Positions 50,332 to 59,526 of a stretch of DNA of 64,000 bases are shown here, piece after piece. Origin of the DNA: Actinomycetota bacterium (GTDB lineage Bacteria > Actinomycetota > Acidimicrobiia > IMCC26256 > PALSA-610); assembly GCA_041691275.1 (NCBI GenBank), contig JBEPUZ010000001.1, forward strand, positions 21,400 to 85,399, given 5' to 3'. Each line of letters opens with the position of its first letter. The stretch's first letter is position 1. The notes beneath the pieces are model-generated. The model did not search any database. It was not told the origin of the DNA and saw only the letters and a list, made by a program, of their open reading frames with translations. A program made the translations under genes and the position numbers.

Positions 50332-50748
50332 GTGAAGATCTCGATCACGGAGATCGATACGGGTACGCGCAACGGCTTCGAGTTCGAGGCTACTTGCGAC
50401 GGCAAGCGATGCGGACGCATTACGGCTGCGCGGCGAGATCGCAGTCACGTCGGAGCCGTCGTGTACTCGGTAGACCGCGTCGATGTCTTCGAGCCCTTCC
50501 GACGGCACGGCGTCGCGACGAAGCTCTACGAGGCCGCCGCGCGCGAGGCGTGCACTCGTAGAGCTCGTCTCGCGTCGCTCGAGCGGAATCCGGACGCGCA
50601 CTCCACGGCCTTCTGGAAGAAGCAGGTGGCGAAAGGACGCGCGATCGAGAAGCCCATTCGAGGCGCCGACGCCGACCGCTACACACGGTACGTGCTCAAG
50701 TCGTGTGACGGCGACATCGATCTCAGTGGACTGCGGAGTCGACGATGA
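50332..50748 (+). CDS. GNAT acetyltransferase
   Basis: VDVFEPFRRHGVATKLYEAA acetyl-CoA motif A, AFWKK. Confidence 0.75.
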   Translation: MKISITEIDTGTRNGFEFEATCDGKRCGRITAARRDRSHVGAVVYSVDRVDVFEPFRRHGVATKLYEAAAREACTRRARLASLERNPDAHSTAFWKKQVAKGRAIEKPIRGADADRYTRYVLKSCDGDIDLSGLRSRR

Positions 50749-51503
50749 CCGCGACCTGTTCCATCCCCCCTCTCGATCAGTCCACCACGAGCATGGGCTG
50801 GTATCCCGGTCTGTTCGTCTACTCGAGCTGCCCTGCGTTGCCGCCATGCGGGTTCACCGATCCGAGCCTGCAGTTCCTCGCGGACGCGGGCTCGCCGGTC
50901 GTCGCGCCGTTCCCGGTGACCGTCATCCAGACGAGCCCGATGTTCATCGTGCGCCCGGCCGCTGACGGCATCGCGTACAACGGCCTCGACATCCGCATGA
51001 CCGATGTCACGCCTGCGGCGCCCGTCGGCGCGACGCTCCAGAAGGGTGATCTGCTCGGGCGCATCGCGCCGGGCAAGCGCGGCACGAAGTGGGTGCTCTG
51101 GGGCCGCGGCACGGACGGCACAACCGGCCAGCAGCCCGGCGTCGCGATCATGTTCTCTCGGCTCGGGCTGCAGGTCGTCGGCGCGACCCGCCCGCAGGTG
51201 GATCAGTACCGGACGATCTCGTCGTTCGGCGGGCGGCTGCTCGCCGTGACCGGCGGCCCGGCGGACTGCTCGAGCGGACCGATGCACGGTCTCGGTGCAT
51301 ACCTCGGCTCCGCGCCGAGCGGCTACGTCGAGACGCCGAGCTCGGTGTACTCGAGGTACGGCACGAGCGCGCAGACCGACCGCTCGGTCCCGAACCCGAC
51401 GCACATGAACGTCCAGCCGACCGCCGCGCAGGTCGGAGGTGCGGCCGGAGGCCTTCTTCTCGTGCTCGGTCTCGGGGTCGCCTGGACTCTCTGGAACAGG
51501 TAG
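50745..51503 (+). CDS. M23-like (possibly degenerate) domain with C-terminal TM
   Basis: GSPVVAP and VGATLQKGDLLGRI; Zn-ligand His not evident. Confidence 0.5.
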   Translation: MTATCSIPPLDQSTTSMGWYPGLFVYSSCPALPPCGFTDPSLQFLADAGSPVVAPFPVTVIQTSPMFIVRPAADGIAYNGLDIRMTDVTPAAPVGATLQKGDLLGRIAPGKRGTKWVLWGRGTDGTTGQQPGVAIMFSRLGLQVVGATRPQVDQYRTISSFGGRLLAVTGGPADCSSGPMHGLGAYLGSAPSGYVETPSSVYSRYGTSAQTDRSVPNPTHMNVQPTAAQVGGAAGGLLLVLGLGVAWTLWNR

Positions 51504-51512
51504 AGTCGGGCG

Positions 51513-51794
51513 ATGATCACCCACCACTGTGACGTGTGCGCGAAGGCGTCGGAGTCGATGACCGCCGAGGCGAACGGCATGCGCGGGGTTCCGTGGGGCT
51601 GGTTCCACCGGGCAGGTCGACTCCCCGGAGGCAACGAGATCCGGGTGACGTGCTGCTCTACGGAGTGCTGCGCCGCCTACGACAAGGTCGAGGCAGAGCA
51701 GGTCGGCTTCGCGTGGGGCAAGTTCTCCCCGCCCACGACGGACGACAAGCAGCCGAATCCGACGCTTTCGTTGAAGCCTCTGACAGTGAAGTGA
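51513..51794 (+). CDS. Zinc-finger protein
   Basis: CDVC..PWGW..CCSTEC; TAGAGT 6 nt upstream. Confidence 0.6.
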   Translation: MITHHCDVCAKASESMTAEANGMRGVPWGWFHRAGRLPGGNEIRVTCCSTECCAAYDKVEAEQVGFAWGKFSPPTTDDKQPNPTLSLKPLTVK

Positions 51795-51798
51795 GCAC

Positions 51799-52128
51799 GT
51801 GACCTACCTCCTCGTCACCGCCGCGATCGCGTTCACCGTCCCGGGGATGGTCTTCGCGATCCGCGCCCTGCCCTGGGTGTCGCGCAAGGTCGACGCGGGC
51901 ATCAAGCCGTGGGCGTGTGACGTCTGCATGAGCTTCTGGCTGACGGGCGGGTTGGCGCTCGCGGCCGTGATGCGTGATCCGACGCTGATCCTCTGCGCCG
52001 GGCCGGCGTACACGCTCGCGATGCTCGTCCTGTCGTTCATGGAACGGCCGTCACAGCCTCCGCCGATGCCGCCGTTCGTCGAGTCCGGCCTCGCCGAGAA
52101 GCTCGAGCCAGCCCCCGGAGAGCCATGA
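51799..52128 (+). CDS. Membrane protein with CxxC (DUF1360-like)
   Basis: Three TMs, WACDVCMSFW. Confidence 0.55.
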   Translation: MTYLLVTAAIAFTVPGMVFAIRALPWVSRKVDAGIKPWACDVCMSFWLTGGLALAAVMRDPTLILCAGPAYTLAMLVLSFMERPSQPPPMPPFVESGLAEKLEPAPGEP

Positions 52129-53291
52129 ACGACTGGGACGGCCTCGACACCTCCGAAGCAGACATGTCGGACTACCTCGGCGGACCCACGCCGACAGGCC
52201 CGCTCGTCTCGCCGCTCTATCTGGGCGGCACCACACAGAACTTCCCGTCGCCTGGCGTACCCACCCCCTCCACGCCAGGCGCGGGAGGCCTTCGGGGCCT
52301 CCAAGTACGGCGCGGCGGACTCGGCGACTTCACGCCAAGCGCCATCTGCGAGCTGCGCACGCTCTCCAAGCTCGCGTACCTGTTCTTCGTGAACGTCTCG
52401 ACCGGCGACACGCAGAAGGCGCTCGCGACGCTGAGCGTCTATCGGTCGCTCTACAACGCCTCGCGGCACACGATCGCGACCGGGTTCTCGACTGCGGCGC
52501 AGGCCGTGTTGCCGGTCGCGATCGCGAACGCGGCCTGGGCGACCGACACGATCCGAGCGATCTCGCTGACGATGCAGGCGACGCTCGGGGCCTCGAACGC
52601 CGCGCTGACGACCGCGCTCGAGGCGATGCCGGCGAACATGGCGCAGCTCGCGGCGTGGTTCCCGGCCCTGCAGGCCGCAGTCGGTGCCGAGGACGCGGCG
52701 CTGCGCGACTACGCCAACACCCCGACGAGCGGAGACTACGCCACTTCGATCGGCGCGATCGCGCGTGATGATCTGACGAACTGCCTGACGCCCGCGCCGG
52801 CGGCACCGACAGCCGCGCCCGCAGGGACGCCGTTCGTACTCTCGCCGGGGCCCTCGTCGACGACCTACCTCCCGGCCCCGGTCCAGACGACCTACACCCC
52901 GGCGCCGAGCGCGTCCGGTCCGGGATCGGCGGCCGCCGTGACGGGCCGCGGCTCCGGGATGCTGACGGCGGTGCTCTTCGGCCTCGTCGCGTACGGCGGC
53001 TACCTCGCGTTCAAGGACTCGGACAAGGCCGGCAAGCTCTCCGCCGTCCCCGTCGACGACCGGATGCTCGCCCGAGCCCGCCGCGCGGCGCTCTCCGACG
53101 TGAAGCACATGAAGTGCCTGCCGACCGCCGACGCCCGCCGCCGGGTCTCGATGGACGAGCTCGCGGGGCCCAAGGGCGAGAAGCTCGCCGAGGCGCTCGC
53201 CGCGCTTCCGCCCGAGTCCGCGATGCCCGTCGAGGAACTGTACTTCGGCGAGCTCGACCGCCTCGCCCCCGGCCGGAGACGGTGCGTCTGA
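52125..53291 (+). CDS. Membrane-anchored virion protein
   Basis: MSDYLGG, RRGGLGD, Pro/Thr linker, TM, post-TM domain. Confidence 0.65.
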   Translation: MNDWDGLDTSEADMSDYLGGPTPTGPLVSPLYLGGTTQNFPSPGVPTPSTPGAGGLRGLQVRRGGLGDFTPSAICELRTLSKLAYLFFVNVSTGDTQKALATLSVYRSLYNASRHTIATGFSTAAQAVLPVAIANAAWATDTIRAISLTMQATLGASNAALTTALEAMPANMAQLAAWFPALQAAVGAEDAALRDYANTPTSGDYATSIGAIARDDLTNCLTPAPAAPTAAPAGTPFVLSPGPSSTTYLPAPVQTTYTPAPSASGPGSAAAVTGRGSGMLTAVLFGLVAYGGYLAFKDSDKAGKLSAVPVDDRMLARARRAALSDVKHMKCLPTADARRRVSMDELAGPKGEKLAEALAALPPESAMPVEELYFGELDRLAPGRRRCV

Positions 53292-53318
53292 CGTCGTGAG
53301 GTCTGCTAGGATCGCCTC

Positions 53319-53888
53319 ATGATCGGCGACTACCTCGACGGCTACGCGGAGTTCCTGGACGAGCACGATCTGCGAGCTCTCGGCGCCTCGCCGATGGTCG
53401 TGAAGGCGGCCGCCATGCGAGCGGCCGCGCCCGCCCTGCCGCAGTACGTCGTCACACCGCCCCCGTCGCGTCTCACGGCCGCGCAGCCCCAGCGCCTCGT
53501 CGCCGCGATGATCCCGGCCGGTCGCGCGCTGGCGATCCCGTTCGGCGCGACGATGCCTTCGGTGCTCAACCCCGGAGTCCCGATCACCTCGAGCATCGAT
53601 CCGACGACGGGCGGGCCGGTCGCGTTCGCGCCGCCGTCGAGCGCCCCGGCGACGACCGGGCCTTCGGTCGCGTCTCCGGCGGGGGCCCCCGACTCCGGCG
53701 GATCGCTCTCGCCCGCCTCGATGGCCTACGGACCGGGCTACGTGCCGGCGAGTCAGGTGCCGAGTCAGCTCCCGAGTCAGTTGCCTGGCGCCGGCGGAGG
53801 TGCCTCGGGCTCGTCCGGCACGGCGAGCTCGACGATGGGCTGGCTGCTGCTCGCGCTCGGCGGATACTGGATCTACCGAAACGTCTGA
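53319..53888 (+). CDS. Pro/Ser-rich protein with C-terminal TM
   Basis: MIGDYLDGY start; WLLLALGGYWIY; TGC-TAGGAT 6 nt upstream. Confidence 0.65.
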   Translation: MIGDYLDGYAEFLDEHDLRALGASPMVVKAAAMRAAAPALPQYVVTPPPSRLTAAQPQRLVAAMIPAGRALAIPFGATMPSVLNPGVPITSSIDPTTGGPVAFAPPSSAPATTGPSVASPAGAPDSGGSLSPASMAYGPGYVPASQVPSQLPSQLPGAGGGASGSSGTASSTMGWLLLALGGYWIYRNV

Positions 53889-53922
53889 CGCCGCGCGCTC
53901 GGGCGCCGTGTAGGGAGATCCC

Positions 53923-54495
53923 ATGGACGACAATCAGCTCGAGGCGATCACCGGAGTCCCGCGGCGCGTCATCATCGCGATCCGCATGGTCGAGTCGCGC
54001 GGGCACTGGGACGCGGTTCGCTTCGAGCCGCACATCTTCTGGAAGATCCACAAGGCCCTTCCGGTCGAGTGGTCCGGCAAGAAGATCCGCGAGCACCTCT
54101 CGCCCGAGGAGCTCGTGTCGGTGCCGTACACGCCCGGCCTGACCGGCGCCGCGTCGCACATCGCGGCCGAGACGAATCGAGCGGCGGTCGAGCGGGCGAT
54201 GTTGATCGACGCGAACGCGACCGTGCGCGCGACGTCGTGGGGCGCGTACCAAGATCTCGGCGCCGCGTTGCTCGCGGAGGTGCCCGGCGACCCGTCGACG
54301 GCGGTGAAGCGCTTCGATGCCGATCCGCGCGACATGAGCGGCAAGCTGTTCGCGCGCTGGGTGAAGGGCCGTCCGCACTTCGGCGCGATCGCGAGGTCTC
54401 TCGACTTCGATGCCTGCGCCCGCATTTATAATGGATGTACGGACTGCACGCTCTACTCGAGCCGCCTGCGCGCAGCCTACAACGCGGCGATCTGA
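53923..54495 (+). CDS. N-acetylmuramidase (DUF3380) endolysin
   Basis: VESRG, RFEPHIF, TSWGAYQ, ARIYNG. Confidence 0.85.
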   Translation: MDDNQLEAITGVPRRVIIAIRMVESRGHWDAVRFEPHIFWKIHKALPVEWSGKKIREHLSPEELVSVPYTPGLTGAASHIAAETNRAAVERAMLIDANATVRATSWGAYQDLGAALLAEVPGDPSTAVKRFDADPRDMSGKLFARWVKGRPHFGAIARSLDFDACARIYNGCTDCTLYSSRLRAAYNAAI

Positions 54496-54496
54496 C

Positions 54497-55117
54497 GTGC
54501 CCGCCATCACCACGGCGAGCGGTTGGTCCTACAACCTGACCCCCGAAGATCTCCTCTGGGCATCGAGGATGATCTACGGCGAGGGCGGCAATCCGTACGC
54601 GGTTCTGTGGACGATGGCGTCGCACATGGCGCTTGTCCGTGGCTCGAGCTTCACGACGTTGATCCGCAGCTACTCGCAGCCCATCAACCCCATCTGGTAC
54701 GCGGACGGCTCGAAGTGCGGACCCGGCGGAACCGCAGTCGGCCAGCCCAACTGCTCGGCCGCGAAGCTCGCCAAGCGCGCGATGATCGCGCAGCTGCAGC
54801 CATCGCAGATGCCGAACGAGTGGAGCATCGTGCAGCAGTGGGCCAACGGCCTGATCCCGAATCCGGTCCCGACTGCGACCGAGTTCGCCGATCCGACTGT
54901 GAGCGCGAGCTGTCTCGCAGGCTCGCACGGCGATTGTGCGCGGCTCATCCTCGTCGACGGGAACTGGTACATGGCCTCGTCCGGCTCGGTGAACTGGCAG
55001 CCCAACTTCGTGCGCATCGATGGCGCGGGCGATCTGGTGCGTTCCGGTCTCGGCCTCGTCGGTGGCGCGATCGGGCTCGGGCTCGGGTATGCGTTGTTCT
55101 CTTGGTGGAAGCGGTAG
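54497..55117 (+). CDS. SleB-like cell-wall hydrolase with C-terminal TM
   Basis: EDLLWASRMIYGE, NPVPTATEF, TM tail. Confidence 0.55.
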   Translation: MPAITTASGWSYNLTPEDLLWASRMIYGEGGNPYAVLWTMASHMALVRGSSFTTLIRSYSQPINPIWYADGSKCGPGGTAVGQPNCSAAKLAKRAMIAQLQPSQMPNEWSIVQQWANGLIPNPVPTATEFADPTVSASCLAGSHGDCARLILVDGNWYMASSGSVNWQPNFVRIDGAGDLVRSGLGLVGGAIGLGLGYALFSWWKR

Positions 55118-55121
55118 ACGG

Positions 55122-55670
55122 ATGCCCGCCCGTCCATCGAGCTACGCCTTGATCGGCGACTCGCAGGCCGACGGGCTCGCGACGCCGCTCGCGACGAAGC
55201 TGCCCGTGGTGTTCTCCGAGCCGCACGTCGGATGGACCACGGCGAGCGTGTTCGGGGCGCCGTTGACGAACGCGCTCGCGAGCTCGGCCGGCACCGTCCT
55301 CGCGGTCACGGGCGGCAACGACGATCCGCTCAACACGTCGGCCTTCGACGCGGGCGCCGCACGAGCTCGCGCAGCCGGCAAGCGCCTGATCGTCGTCGGG
55401 CCCGTGTTCGCGGTCACCTCCGATCGAGCCCGTCACGACGCAGCTCGAACTGCGCTCATGGCCGCGGCCGCCCGGAACGGCGTCGCGTTCCTCGACGCGT
55501 ACCCGCTGACCTCCGATCTCGCGCGCACGACGAACGTGCACCTGGGGCCGGGCTATCCGACGTACGCGGCGCGCCTCGCGGCCGCGCTGCAGGGCGGAGG
55601 CGGGCTCGGACTGGCGGGGGCGATCGCCGGCGGGATCGGCGCGTGGCTCTTGTGGCGGGTCTGGTCGTGA
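55122..55670 (+). CDS. SGNH/GDSL hydrolase with C-terminal TM
   Basis: IGDSQA, GGND, NVHL, TM tail. Confidence 0.75.
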   Translation: MPARPSSYALIGDSQADGLATPLATKLPVVFSEPHVGWTTASVFGAPLTNALASSAGTVLAVTGGNDDPLNTSAFDAGAARARAAGKRLIVVGPVFAVTSDRARHDAARTALMAAAARNGVAFLDAYPLTSDLARTTNVHLGPGYPTYAARLAAALQGGGGLGLAGAIAGGIGAWLLWRVWS

Positions 55671-55917
55671 CCGACACCGACGACATCGCCGCGCTCGACG
55701 CGCACTTTCGGACCGTCGCGCCGGGCTCGGACATCGAGAAGCGATGGCGGGCCGTGCGCGCAGCCCTCCAGCGCGCGAAGCGGATCTCGTCGCAGTCGCT
55801 CCCGGCGGTCGCCTCGAGCGCGCAGCACTTCATCGCCGCGCGCGATCACATCAACGCCGGCATCGAAGCACTCGGCGGCATCACGGCGGGGCATGTCGAG
55901 CCGCCTCTCGAGGACGG

Positions 55918-56460
55918 ATGAAGGCGAAGAAGCGCACCTCGGCAGCGGGCGCCGGTCGATGCTTCGACGCCGTGGAGGTCGACGGGACGAAGGTGCGCGC
56001 GTGCCTGAAGACGAGCTCGGTGGAGCTCACGGCGCGTCGCGACGGCCGCAAGGTCGGGCACGCGTTCCTCGACACGCACAAGGGCGCTCTCGTCGTCGGT
56101 GAGATCGAAGTCTCGGAATGTGCACGCCGTAGCCGGGTCGGGACACGACTCTACGAAGCTGCGCTCGTGGTCGGGTGCCGCGCGGGTTTGCCTGTCACCT
56201 CGGATTCGATGCGATCGCAGTACGCGGAGGCGTTCTGGCGAAAGCAGGCGTCGAAAGGTCGCGCCGTGTGCGAGGCTGGACGTGGATCCGTCTACGAGGC
56301 ACCGACAGGCGGTATCCGTCGCGACATGCCGATACCGGGCGAAGATGATGCAGGAGATCCCGCGTGGGATTGTGCGCGCTACGTGGTCAGTGCCCCGTGC
56401 GGTGTGTCGTCGCTTGCAGGCACGAAAAAGCCCCCGACGCCGAAGCGTCGAGGGCGATAG
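55918..56460 (+). CDS. GNAT acetyltransferase, paralog of 50332-50748
   Basis: IEVSECARRSRVGTRLYEAA, AFWRKQASKGRA, basic tail. Confidence 0.7.
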   Translation: MKAKKRTSAAGAGRCFDAVEVDGTKVRACLKTSSVELTARRDGRKVGHAFLDTHKGALVVGEIEVSECARRSRVGTRLYEAALVVGCRAGLPVTSDSMRSQYAEAFWRKQASKGRAVCEAGRGSVYEAPTGGIRRDMPIPGEDDAGDPAWDCARYVVSAPCGVSSLAGTKKPPTPKRRGR

Positions 56461-56680
56461 GGATCTTGGTGCGACCGGCCTAGCGTTCGCAGTGCCTACA
56501 GAAGCCGTGGCGTCGTACCTCCTCGGCGCACGTCTCGCGTCGGATGGCGGTGAGATCGTGCGACTCGCTCGCCGTGATCCCCACGGAGTAGTGTTCGCGC
56601 TCGGGCGCGTACTTGCGGCGCGCTACCGGGCGCATCGCCGTAGATTGCGTACAGACAATCGACGCAAGTAGCCGAAATCA

Positions 56681-56781
56681 CCCCATGCACGCGCGCACGC
56701 GCCCGCACGCGCACCCGGGCGAATGCCCCATGCACGCGCGCGCGCACGCGCGCACGCGGGCGTATACGTGTACGCGCCCGC
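56681..56781. repeat. Alternating purine-pyrimidine tracts and hairpin
   Basis: Perfect RY runs 56684-56702, 56729-56758, 56760-56777; CCCCATGCACGCGCGC x2. Confidence 0.85.
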
Positions 56782-57014
56782 ACTCGAGCGCGCATCGCGC
56801 GAGCTGATGGTTCGCGAAATCATTGGCATTTTAACCATGTGAGCGATCTCACGAAAAGGCTTTGAATAAAAAGAGGGGGGTCCCGTCTAATAGGGGCGAA
56901 CGACGAAACGGGAAGATAGGGAATCGGAGAGAATCGACCGACCCTGAGAATATCCGGTAAGTCGGTGCGTATCAGTAAGCGGGCCTGCGAAGCCCTAGCT
57001 AGGGAGATTGAACC

Positions 57015-57383
57015 ATGACGACCACGAAGATCGCCCGCGAAGCCAACAAGGGCCCGGGTAAGTACGAAATCGCCCGCGAAGCCGTCAAGGGCCCGGGTAA
57101 GTACGAAAGCGAGCCCGCATGGGTCGCGTTCGCTTGGGAAGAGATCGTGCTGCACGGATGCGCACGCGAGGATCTCACGGATCCCGACGACGAAGAGAGG
57201 ACGATCTCCCTCGTGGATCTGGACGAAGAGATCCGCGCCGCGTTCCCCGACGCGCCCGAGCATGCCGCGCTGTATCAGCGCTCGGATGGTTTCGTGTGCC
57301 GCGCCGATTACGATGCGTGCATGCGCTTCGTGGCGGAATTGCGCTTCGTGGCGGAATCGGCGGAGACTTCCGAGGACGAGTGA
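57015..57383 (+). CDS. Acidic early protein
   Basis: GGGAG RBS in repeat; internal tandem duplications. Confidence 0.7.
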   Translation: MTTTKIAREANKGPGKYEIAREAVKGPGKYESEPAWVAFAWEEIVLHGCAREDLTDPDDEERTISLVDLDEEIRAAFPDAPEHAALYQRSDGFVCRADYDACMRFVAELRFVAESAETSEDE

Positions 57384-57574
57384 ATAAGGATCGAGTCTAG
57401 TACGTCGAATCGGTGCGAGGTCGTACGGGGCCTGGACGTCGTAGTCCGCTCGCATCATAGGGGCCCGCGAAGCCCTAGGGAGATCGTCATGAGCGAACAA
57501 CGGACTACGCCCATCGGACGGCCGGACGAAACCACCACCACCGCCACCGCCACCACCACCAAAGGACAGAGACC

Positions 57575-57988
57575 ATGACCACCAAGACCCTCACGATCAC
57601 CATGAGCGAGCGCCGCCCCGTCACGCTCGTCGCCGACGAATGGCCCGTCGTCGCACGCGCGGACTGGCACTCCGGCGAGCACAAGTCGCAGGCCAACGAG
57701 ACGGCGCACATCGTCGTACGCGAGCACGACGACGGTCGACGCATCGTCTACAGCGTCCGCGATCGTGGCGACGGGGGCATGCCCGCCGGGTACCGGGCCA
57801 CGGCCGGCGGCTACATGGTCGGCACCATCGCCGGCGACATGCGCCAGCCGTCGAGCGGGGGGCCGCTCACGTCGGCGCACCCGGACGAGGCCGAGACCAT
57901 CCGCGCCATCCGACGCGCGGGGGGCGTCGTGGGCATGGACCGCCTCGCCGACGAGTGCATCGCCGATCTGCCGGCTGAGTCGATCTGA
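57575..57988 (+). CDS. Hypothetical early protein
   Basis: AAGGA RBS; VREHDDGRRIVY motif. Confidence 0.7.
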   Translation: MTTKTLTITMSERRPVTLVADEWPVVARADWHSGEHKSQANETAHIVVREHDDGRRIVYSVRDRGDGGMPAGYRATAGGYMVGTIAGDMRQPSSGGPLTSAHPDEAETIRAIRRAGGVVGMDRLADECIADLPAESI

Positions 57989-58164
57989 CGCGCGCGCGCT
58001 CGTCGACGCCGTCTGACACCGCAGCACGCGGCCAGAGTCGCCTCGCTTGGTTTTCTTTTGAATAAGGATCGAGTCTAGTACGTCGAATCGGTGCGAGGCG
58101 GTAAGGGGCCTGGACGTCGTAGTCCGATCGCATCATAGGGCCCGCGAAGCCCTGGGAGGTGTCT

Positions 58165-58800
58165 ATGCAAGTGCCGAGCCTTTTGGACGATCGCGTCCTG
58201 CGTCACGTCGAGATCGACGGACGGTATCGTCTCCTGCTCTGGGATACGAATCGCCGCGACCGATACGGCAAATCGACGCTGGGGTACGCGTTCTCTCGCA
58301 TCGGCGAGAGTGAGCCGATCTTCTCGGCCGAGGATTACCACGTGCCGGGGTGCGTGGACGATGACGCCGCTGTACGCGGTTTGCTCGGATTCCTCACGCT
58401 TCGGGGGGGCGACACGGACTCCGATTACTTCGCGAACTACACGGAACGTCAATGGGCGTTTTCGCGCGGCGACGCGGAAGAGATCTCGTGCTGGGGTATG
58501 GACGAGCACGATCTAGAAGGGTCGTATCCGCTTGTCGACGTGGACGAGACGCCGGCGCCGCTCGCGCGCCTTGAGGGCTGGCACGACACGCAAACGGGCG
58601 GAGGTTGCACGGCATGGCAGATCGATCTACCGGGCGGCCGGTACGCGCTGATCACCGATGGCGACGCGAGCATCCCGACACACGAGGGCGATCTCGTGAT
58701 CGGCCTGTACAGCGACGAAGGCGATGCCATCGCCGATGAGTCGTGCTCTACCCTGGCCGAATGCCTCGCTTGGTTTTCTTTGAATAAGGATCGAGTCTAG
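58165..58800 (+). CDS. Hypothetical early protein, possible two-domain fusion
   Basis: GGAGG RBS; FLTLRGGDTD..YF and TGGGCTAW segments. Confidence 0.7.
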   Translation: MQVPSLLDDRVLRHVEIDGRYRLLLWDTNRRDRYGKSTLGYAFSRIGESEPIFSAEDYHVPGCVDDDAAVRGLLGFLTLRGGDTDSDYFANYTERQWAFSRGDAEEISCWGMDEHDLEGSYPLVDVDETPAPLARLEGWHDTQTGGGCTAWQIDLPGGRYALITDGDASIPTHEGDLVIGLYSDEGDAIADESCSTLAECLAWFSLNKDRV

Positions 58801-58888
58801 TACGTCGAATCGGTGCGAGGTCGTACGGGGCCTGGACGTCGTAGTCCGCTCGCATCATAGGGGCCCGCGAAGCCCCGGGAGATTGAGT

Positions 58889-59212
58889 ATGAGCGAACAA
58901 CGGACTACGCCCAAGGGCAAGATCGATATCATCCGTGATCAATGGGTGTGCGTCGATTGCCTGTTCGCGCTCGCGAATGGCGAGTATCCCGACGACGCGA
59001 CACGCGCGGCGGAGATCGAGGCGGGCGAGACGCGCGAGCTACCCTATCGCTGGGCGCTGGACGGGCCGCACGAAGGAGAGTCGGAGGAGGCGGATCAGGA
59101 TCCGTTTTCGTGGCGCCCTTGCGCGTGCTGCGGATCGCGTCTCGGCGGATCGAGGCACCGTGCGGCGTTGATCCTTGCTCTTGTCGAGTACAATCGATCG
59201 GTGAAGTCGTGA
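58889..59212 (+). CDS. Zn-binding early protein
   Basis: CVDC...FSWRPCACCGSRLGGSRH. Confidence 0.7.
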   Translation: MSEQRTTPKGKIDIIRDQWVCVDCLFALANGEYPDDATRAAEIEAGETRELPYRWALDGPHEGESEEADQDPFSWRPCACCGSRLGGSRHRAALILALVEYNRSVKS

Positions 59213-59430
59213 CCCCGGCCCGACGGCCGACCCGGTGGGGGTCCTCGCCGAATCTCGAGACGAGCCCGTCGATCAAGGGAGTGATCGCGGCGTTCTACTG
59301 CACGAAGCCCGAACGGATCACGCTCACGGCCGAGCCCGGCGGGTGGTCGATCAAGAACGGCGAGCGCGAGATCGACGGTACGTGGGTCCGGTTGATCAAG
59401 GGCCGGTACGTGCTCGAGAGTCGGTCGTGA
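59209..59430 (+). CDS. Hypothetical early protein
   Basis: GTGA coupling. Confidence 0.5.
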   Translation: MTPARRPTRWGSSPNLETSPSIKGVIAAFYCTKPERITLTAEPGGWSIKNGEREIDGTWVRLIKGRYVLESRS

Positions 59431-59526
59431 CCGAGCCCGGCGAGCACGGCTGGCTTCGCGACTCCAGAACGGGCGCGCTCGTGTCGTGCGACGGTCCCGA
59501 GATCGAGTGTTGATCGGGCCCCGAAC

